Source of the DNA: an uncultured bacterium | GTDB taxonomy: Bacteria; Verrucomicrobiota; Verrucomicrobiia; Limisphaerales; UBA8199 | NCBI GenBank assembly: GCA_963749495.1 | Contig: CAVVMW010000012.1 | Location: 416,001-480,000, forward strand | Direction: 5' to 3' | DNA length: 64,000 nt | Shown here: one piece after another, positions 58,899 to 64,000 of the stretch | How the letters are laid out: each line of letters starts with the position of its first letter | Numbering within the stretch: the stretch's first letter is position 1 | Notes under the pieces: model-generated | The model's database searches: none | Seen by the model: only the letters and a program-made list of their open reading frames with translations | What the model was told of the DNA's origin: nothing | Made by a program: the position numbers and the translations under genes

Positions 58899-60854
58899 AT
58901 GAAACAGATCCTCCCTTTCGCGGCCTGCCTTGCCCTCGTGCCTCTCGCTGCCCAAGGCGCGCCGCCCGGCGCGCCAACGAACTCCGCCGGTCTGCCGGGG
59001 CTCTTCGATCGGCAGAACCTCACGGCCTGGTGCGTGGTGCCGTTTGACGCCAAGAAGCGCGGGCCCGAGCAGCGGGCAGAGATGTTGCAGCGGCTTGGCT
59101 TCAAGAAGTTTGCCTATGATTGGCGGCCAAAGGACCTGCCGGCCTTCAACGCGGAGGTGGAGGCGCTGAACAAACACGGCATCAATCTGGTCGCCTGGTG
59201 GTTTCCAACCGATGCCGAGGTTACCTTGGGCAATAACCTGCGCGGTCTTGATTGGCTGGGGAAGGAGTTGGCGCATCCCGGCTCCGGGGGCGAACGTCCC
59301 CGTTTCAATGAGGCGGCCCTGGCGCCGGCGCCGATTTACAGCAAGAACAACGCCCCCGCCACCCCGAAGCTGGAAGACCTGCCGCTCAAGGACAGCGTGT
59401 CACAGTACGGCATCACCTGGACCTTCGAGAGCCCCGCCCGCACAGGCCAGTTCATCAATGGCGACTGGTACGTTGTCGGCCCCGTCAACCTCGTCAACAT
59501 TGACCCCGCCCCGCGCTATGGCAAGGAGGTCGCCGACGACGAACTCGACGGCCGCGAGAAAGTCCCCGTTGACGGGCGCTGCCGCAATGGCTCCATGCTC
59601 GACTCGCCCGCCCGGCAGGAAGTGGCCTGGGATTCCGGCGTCCTGAATTACTATCACCCCGAACATCGCGCGAGGCTGCCCATCGCCATGAAGCCCGGCG
59701 ACAGCCTGGCTTCCAGCATCAGCCTCCGCCAAGGCGAGAAAGTCACCTATCCGTATCATCCTGGCACCGTGCGTGGCGTGGACGACAACAGCCCCGTCAA
59801 GACCGTCGCCGTGCTCACCTGCGTCGCGGCCCCATTGCCGCCCGACGCCTTCCGTCCGGGCTATTGCGGCCACGACCCCAAGATCTGCCTGGCCCGCGAC
59901 CTCAGACGCGACCTGCTGCCGCGCTTCGACCAGCCTGCGGATGCCCCGGACCCCGCTCAGTTCGCCGAGCTCTTCCAGCGCCCCTGGTGCGACGCGGGCT
60001 TCTTCTCCTTCGACGTGCCCCAGCAGAGCATGCCCAACTACGCCCAGTGTTACGCCCAGGGCCTCGCCAACGCTGTCCTGCTGGCTTGCTGCGCCGGCAC
60101 CAGGCCCGAGGACAAGGAGCGGTTGCTCATCAACGTTGTCCAGATTGGCATTGACCATTACGGGCTGGTGCGCCATGGCCATCCCGGCTGGCCCGCCCAC
60201 GGAGGACACGGCTCCGGACGCAAGTTCCCCATCGTCTTCGCCGGCGCCATGCTCGGCGACGAAACCATGGCGAACATCAACCAGAGCTTTCCCAAGGCCG
60301 CCTTCGGCGAGGACGAGCAGACCGCCTACGGCGATTGCTGGACCGGCGCCAAGGTCGTCTTCACCGGCCACTCCGGCATCGATGCCGTCACCGGCATCGG
60401 GCGCGACTTCGTCCGCGCCGGCAATCCCTGGGGCCCCTACGAACACCTGCCACCCGACAAATGGGTCCCCGAAGAGTTCCGCAGCAACGCCTACCGCCGG
60501 GCCAACACCTCCACCTGCTTCGTCGCCCAAGCCTTGGTCCTCCGGACCATGAAGCTCGAAAAGGCCTGGAGCCACGACGCCTTCTTCAACTACGTCAACC
60601 GTTGGATGTTCGAGGACGACAAGCCCTTCCGCATCGAGATCGCCAAGTACTGCCGCCCGCCCTACAGCAAGGACGTTTACCTTGACGACAGCAAAGACTG
60701 GTTCCACGAGGGCTATGCCGACCAACCGTGGGTCAAGGAATTATGGAATAAGCACCGCCCGCTCTGCCCCGCGCCAACCGACGGTTGGAAGCAGAAGCAC
60801 GACAACAGCTACTACCTCAACGCCATCGAGAAGCAACGGAAAAAGCAAGGATAA
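58899..60854 (+). CDS. Secreted hypothetical protein: deleted TIM-barrel-like stub fused to an unknown domain
   Basis: Signal peptide; AWCVVPFDAKKRGP..YDWR..AWWFP joined directly to DAE..L.NL.GLDWL; then SQYGITWTF..GQFINGDWYVVGP, GGHGSGRK. Confidence 0.65.
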   Translation: MKQILPFAACLALVPLAAQGAPPGAPTNSAGLPGLFDRQNLTAWCVVPFDAKKRGPEQRAEMLQRLGFKKFAYDWRPKDLPAFNAEVEALNKHGINLVAWWFPTDAEVTLGNNLRGLDWLGKELAHPGSGGERPRFNEAALAPAPIYSKNNAPATPKLEDLPLKDSVSQYGITWTFESPARTGQFINGDWYVVGPVNLVNIDPAPRYGKEVADDELDGREKVPVDGRCRNGSMLDSPARQEVAWDSGVLNYYHPEHRARLPIAMKPGDSLASSISLRQGEKVTYPYHPGTVRGVDDNSPVKTVAVLTCVAAPLPPDAFRPGYCGHDPKICLARDLRRDLLPRFDQPADAPDPAQFAELFQRPWCDAGFFSFDVPQQSMPNYAQCYAQGLANAVLLACCAGTRPEDKERLLINVVQIGIDHYGLVRHGHPGWPAHGGHGSGRKFPIVFAGAMLGDETMANINQSFPKAAFGEDEQTAYGDCWTGAKVVFTGHSGIDAVTGIGRDFVRAGNPWGPYEHLPPDKWVPEEFRSNAYRRANTSTCFVAQALVLRTMKLEKAWSHDAFFNYVNRWMFEDDKPFRIEIAKYCRPPYSKDVYLDDSKDWFHEGYADQPWVKELWNKHRPLCPAPTDGWKQKHDNSYYLNAIEKQRKKQG

Positions 60855-60881
60855 GACCACGAGATGTGGGCAAAGACATTG

Positions 60882-60906
60882 CCTTCAGCCTTTAGCCTTC
60901 AGCCTT
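60882..60906. repeat. Heptamer repeat (CCTTYAG)n
   Basis: Between convergent stop codons. Confidence 0.7.
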
Positions 60907-60909
60907 TTT

Positions 60910-62106
60910 TTACAGTTCCCTCAGCGCGGCGGCCACGGGGAGGCGGGCGGCGCGCAGGGCCGGCAGCAGCCCGCCCAGCAGCCCGATGAAGGTGGCCCAG
61001 GCCACTCCCTGGAGCAGCAGCGTGGAGGTGACCAGGAAGGAAAAGGTGACCTGGCTGAAGCTCATCCAGTTCATTGTGGCAGTGTGGAACCCATTGCACG
61101 CCAAATACGCCACGCCAGCCCCGAGGGCGCCCCCCGCCAGGGCCAGCGCCAGAGACTCGAGCATCACCGAGACCACGACCGCGCCCCGGCCGAAACCCAG
61201 CGCGCGCAACGTGGCGATTTCGCGCGTGCGGGCAGAGACGGAGCTGTACATCGTATTGAGGGCGCCAAAGACCGCGCCAATCGCCATCAAGGAGGCAACC
61301 AGGTAGCCCAGCGTGGTAATCAACTTGGTGAGCATGCTGGACTGCTCGGCATAATACTCGGCCTGGCGGAGGACCTTGACATTGACGCGCGGGTTGGCGG
61401 TGAGCGAGTCTTTGAATTGCTGGAAGGTGGCCGGCGAACTGAGCTTGGCATAAACGGCCTGGAAGGTCGTGCCCCGGTGGTAGGCCTCCTGCAGCACGGT
61501 GGCATCGGTCCAGATCTCGGATTCCGCCGAGCCGCCGGCCGAGAAGATGCCCGACACCGTCCACTCCTGGCGCCCAACCTGCAACCTGGACCCAACGTCG
61601 AGGCCCTTGAACTCCTGCGCCGCGCCCACGCCGGCCATCACTTCGTTGCGGCCCCAGCCGAAGGCGCTGCCTCGCTCGACCTTGAGCTTGTCCCGCACCG
61701 CGAAGGCCGGGGCCTCGACGCCGCGCAACGCCACGTTGGCATCCGTGCCGGTTGTGCGCTTGGGCAGGTTGATGATGACGAACAGCTCGGCCGAGGCCAG
61801 CGGGCCCTTGCCGTCACGGGCCAGGCCCGGGGCATCGGCGATGACGCGCGTCTGCTCCAGCTCGAAGCCGCTCACCATCTCGCTATCGGCGCCGCTGCGC
61901 AGGACGATGGCGGCATCGGGAGCGGCCGAGGCGTTCATGGCCTGCCTGAAACCCGCCGCCATCGAGAGCACGCCCACCAGCACGCCCACCACGCCCGCAA
62001 TGCCGATGAGGGCCGCCACCACTGAGCCCCGCCGCTGTGGAATGCCCAGGAGCCCAAACTTGGTGACGGAGGCGACCTGAGACAACCAATTGATCGGACC
62101 TGCCAT
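60910..62106 (-). CDS. ABC transporter permease (FtsX/MacB type)
   Basis: NTMYSSVSARTREIATLRALGF, GGLLPALRAAR. Confidence 0.92.
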   Translation of the reverse strand: MAGPINWLSQVASVTKFGLLGIPQRRGSVVAALIGIAGVVGVLVGVLSMAAGFRQAMNASAAPDAAIVLRSGADSEMVSGFELEQTRVIADAPGLARDGKGPLASAELFVIINLPKRTTGTDANVALRGVEAPAFAVRDKLKVERGSAFGWGRNEVMAGVGAAQEFKGLDVGSRLQVGRQEWTVSGIFSAGGSAESEIWTDATVLQEAYHRGTTFQAVYAKLSSPATFQQFKDSLTANPRVNVKVLRQAEYYAEQSSMLTKLITTLGYLVASLMAIGAVFGALNTMYSSVSARTREIATLRALGFGRGAVVVSVMLESLALALAGGALGAGVAYLACNGFHTATMNWMSFSQVTFSFLVTSTLLLQGVAWATFIGLLGGLLPALRAARLPVAAALREL

Positions 62107-62107
62107 A

Positions 62108-63265
62108 TCACATCCTCCTCAAGGCATCGGCCACGCGCAAACGCATCGCCTGCAACGCCGGGAAAAGGCCCGTCACCAGGCCCAGCGCCAGGCAGATGCC
62201 CACGCCCAGGAGCAGGTCGCTCACCGGGAAAAAGAACATCGGCAGCATGGTCGAGAGCGGCTTGGCCAGGGCCGGCACGGCCAGGCAGGCCAAGCCCAGG
62301 CCCAGCCCCCCGCCCAGCGCCGCTATCAGGCAGGACTCCCCCAGCACCAGCAGCAGCACCTGCCGGTGGGTAAACCCGATCGCCTTGAGCACCCCCAATT
62401 CCCCCGTCCGCTCGCGCACGGCCTGGGACATTGTGTTGCCGGTCACCAGCAGTATCGTGAAGAACACCGCGCCCAGGATGATGGCGGTCATGAGCGCGAT
62501 GTTTCCAATCTGCTTGATCCAGGCCTGCACGAAGGCCTTCTCCGGCTCGGTCTTGGTCTCCTGGGCGGAGTTTTCGAATTCCTTGTCCACCTGCGCTGCT
62601 ATCGCGGCCGCCTGCGCACTGTCCTTCACCCGAATCGTGTACCAGCCCACCTGCCCCTTGCCAAAGCTGCGCCCCTCGTCGAAGTAGTCGTAGTGGAAAT
62701 AGAGCGACATGGAGTCGTCCGCCTTCTCCTTGCCCTCAAAGATGCCCACCACGTCGAACTCCCAGGTCTGGCTCCCGTCGCTCTTAGTCCAAATCGGGGT
62801 CTGGATGGGCACCCGATCCCCGATCTTGAGGTGAAACCGCTGGGCTGTGGCCCGGCCCAGGATGGCCCCGGTGCGGGTCCGGCACCAGGCCTGCCTTTGC
62901 TCCGCCGGCAACAGGATCTCCGGGTGCATGTCCAGGAATTCCTCCGGCACGACCGGGCACTGCATAAAGAAGTATTTCCGATCCTGGTAATACCCGCCGA
63001 ACCACGTTTGATGGGTGGCCGAGGCCACGCCAGGAATACGCTCCATCCGCGCCTTGTAACTGACCGGCAACAACTGGATGATGGACACCTTGTGCCGGAC
63101 GACCAACCGGTTGGCCCCCTCCAGGCTTACACCGCCCGTGAGCGCCTGCCGGATCGAGGACAACACTCCGAAGAGGATAAACGCCACGACCACCGACAGC
63201 ACCGTCAGCAGTGTCCGCAGCTTCTTGCGCGTGAGGTTGCTCCAGATAAGAGGGAAAAAGTTCAT
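62108..63265 (-). CDS. ABC transporter permease (FtsX/MacB type)
   Basis: NLTRKKLRTLLT, NTMSQAVRERTGELGVLKAIGF. Confidence 0.92.
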   Translation of the reverse strand: MNFFPLIWSNLTRKKLRTLLTVLSVVVAFILFGVLSSIRQALTGGVSLEGANRLVVRHKVSIIQLLPVSYKARMERIPGVASATHQTWFGGYYQDRKYFFMQCPVVPEEFLDMHPEILLPAEQRQAWCRTRTGAILGRATAQRFHLKIGDRVPIQTPIWTKSDGSQTWEFDVVGIFEGKEKADDSMSLYFHYDYFDEGRSFGKGQVGWYTIRVKDSAQAAAIAAQVDKEFENSAQETKTEPEKAFVQAWIKQIGNIALMTAIILGAVFFTILLVTGNTMSQAVRERTGELGVLKAIGFTHRQVLLLVLGESCLIAALGGGLGLGLACLAVPALAKPLSTMLPMFFFPVSDLLLGVGICLALGLVTGLFPALQAMRLRVADALRRM

Positions 63266-63327
63266 GCACTCTGACCGTTTCGAAGGTGTTGGACTTCCTC
63301 GGAGACAGGCTGGACTCGCCCGGGTCC

Positions 63328-63517
63328 TGTCCCGGAGGGACATCTGAGAATAGCCCAACGTTTCAACGTTGGGTTCAGCCGCGCCGAACGATCATGAGTC
63401 CCGCAGGGACGGCTGAGTGCATCGGGCGTCTCAGCCGTCCCTTCGGGACTGATTCCTCTTGGAGGGCCTAACCCAACGTTGAAACGTTGGGCTACTTTCA
63501 CGTGTCCCTCCGGGACA
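63328..63517. repeat. Family B hairpin array with the CCCAACGTTGAAACGTTGGG variant
   Basis: TGTCCCGGAGGGACA...TGTCCCTCCGGGACA, inside the ABC operon. Confidence 0.8.
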
Positions 63518-63560
63518 GAAAGTGCCGCATTCCGCGCGGGCAGCTTGGTAGTTGAGGCCA

Positions 63561-63617
63561 GTGCCGGGATGCGCCCGCACGCTCCACGCTCCACTCTCCA
63601 CGCTCCACGCTCCTCCT
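63561..63617. repeat. Lone element-A end plus (GCTCCAC)n heptamer repeat
   Basis: GTGCCGGGATGCGCCC then gctccac gctccac tctccac gctccac. Confidence 0.7.
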
Positions 63618-63655
63618 CACGCTGGTAGATCTCCGAACCCGTTCTTGCATGTCCG

Positions 63656-64000
63656 TTAGTCCAGCGGCCGATCGCTGAGCTGGCCTTTGTTGAGATAGAC
63701 GGTCCTGGAGGCGCGCGCCGAGGCGTGCGGGTCATGCGTGACCATGATGACGGTCTTGCCATGCTCGCGATTGAGGGCCTGGAGCAAGTCGAGTATCTCG
63801 TCGCCCGATTTCCGGTCCAGGTCGCCCGTCGGTTCGTCGCACAGCAGCAGTGTCGGGTCGGTCACGATCGCGCGGGCGATGCCCACGCGCTGCTGCTCGC
63901 CGCCGGAGAGGGTGCGCGGATAGTGCCCGGCCCGATGGGTCAGGCCGACCACCGCCAGGGCGGTGGCCACGTGCTGCTTGCGCTCGGCCCGGGACAGGTG
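63656..64000 (-). CDS. ABC transporter ATP-binding protein (partial, runs off the window)
   Basis: [25 protein letters not shown]. Confidence 0.95.
   Translation of the reverse strand, partial: HLSRAERKQHVATALAVVGLTHRAGHYPRTLSGGEQQRVGIARAIVTDPTLLLCDEPTGDLDRKSGDEILDLLQALNREHGKTVIMVTHDPHASARASRTVYLNKGQLSDRPLD

Noticed and set aside
1..64000. tRNA, rRNA, tmRNA or integrase-type att sites
   Set aside because: No cloverleaf or T-loop signature, rRNA-like tract or recombinase gene recognised by eye; a tRNAscan/Infernal run would be decisive

Overview
GC-rich bacterial chromosomal segment, most likely Verrucomicrobiota subdivision 3 (Pedosphaerales/Limisphaerales-like; inferred from the protein families, not searched). 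It carries scattered 1-bp indels that look like long-read errors, since even pheT is split three times. The core backbone comprises a sigma54 response regulator, fucP, DUF6786, GH172, an Ig-repeat surface protein, an Spt-like enzyme plus SDR, a SahR-like regulator divergent from metK-ahcY, a GpgS-like glycosyltransferase, LOG, an M16 peptidase, rpmI-rplT-pheS-pheT, cutA, lctP, an MFS transporter, an amidohydrolase/nagA cluster and an ABC exporter. Almost every intergenic gap holds accessory DNA: intact antitoxins next to truncated toxins, internally deleted genes, 7-bp tandem repeats abutting stop codons, and many families of REP-like hairpin doublets, often wrapped in IS-like inverted-repeat shells. 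Top candidates: (1) an AT-rich gene encoding a dCTP-deaminase/dUTPase-fold domain lacking the catalytic residues, fused to a helical linker and two TM helices (candidate nucleotide-sensing anti-phage effector, 42145-43122); (2) two cargo islands, each bounded by a duplicated promoter/5' end of the downstream core gene, with the novel junction next to a RAYT end or REP; (3) a RAYT transposase with terminal inverted repeats, disrupted by a precise 20-bp palindrome; (4) a MITE whose core is flipped between its two copies; (5) a REP doublet translated in frame inside lctP; (6) three tandem GYF_2 membrane proteins. No rRNA, tRNA or CRISPR array was seen.
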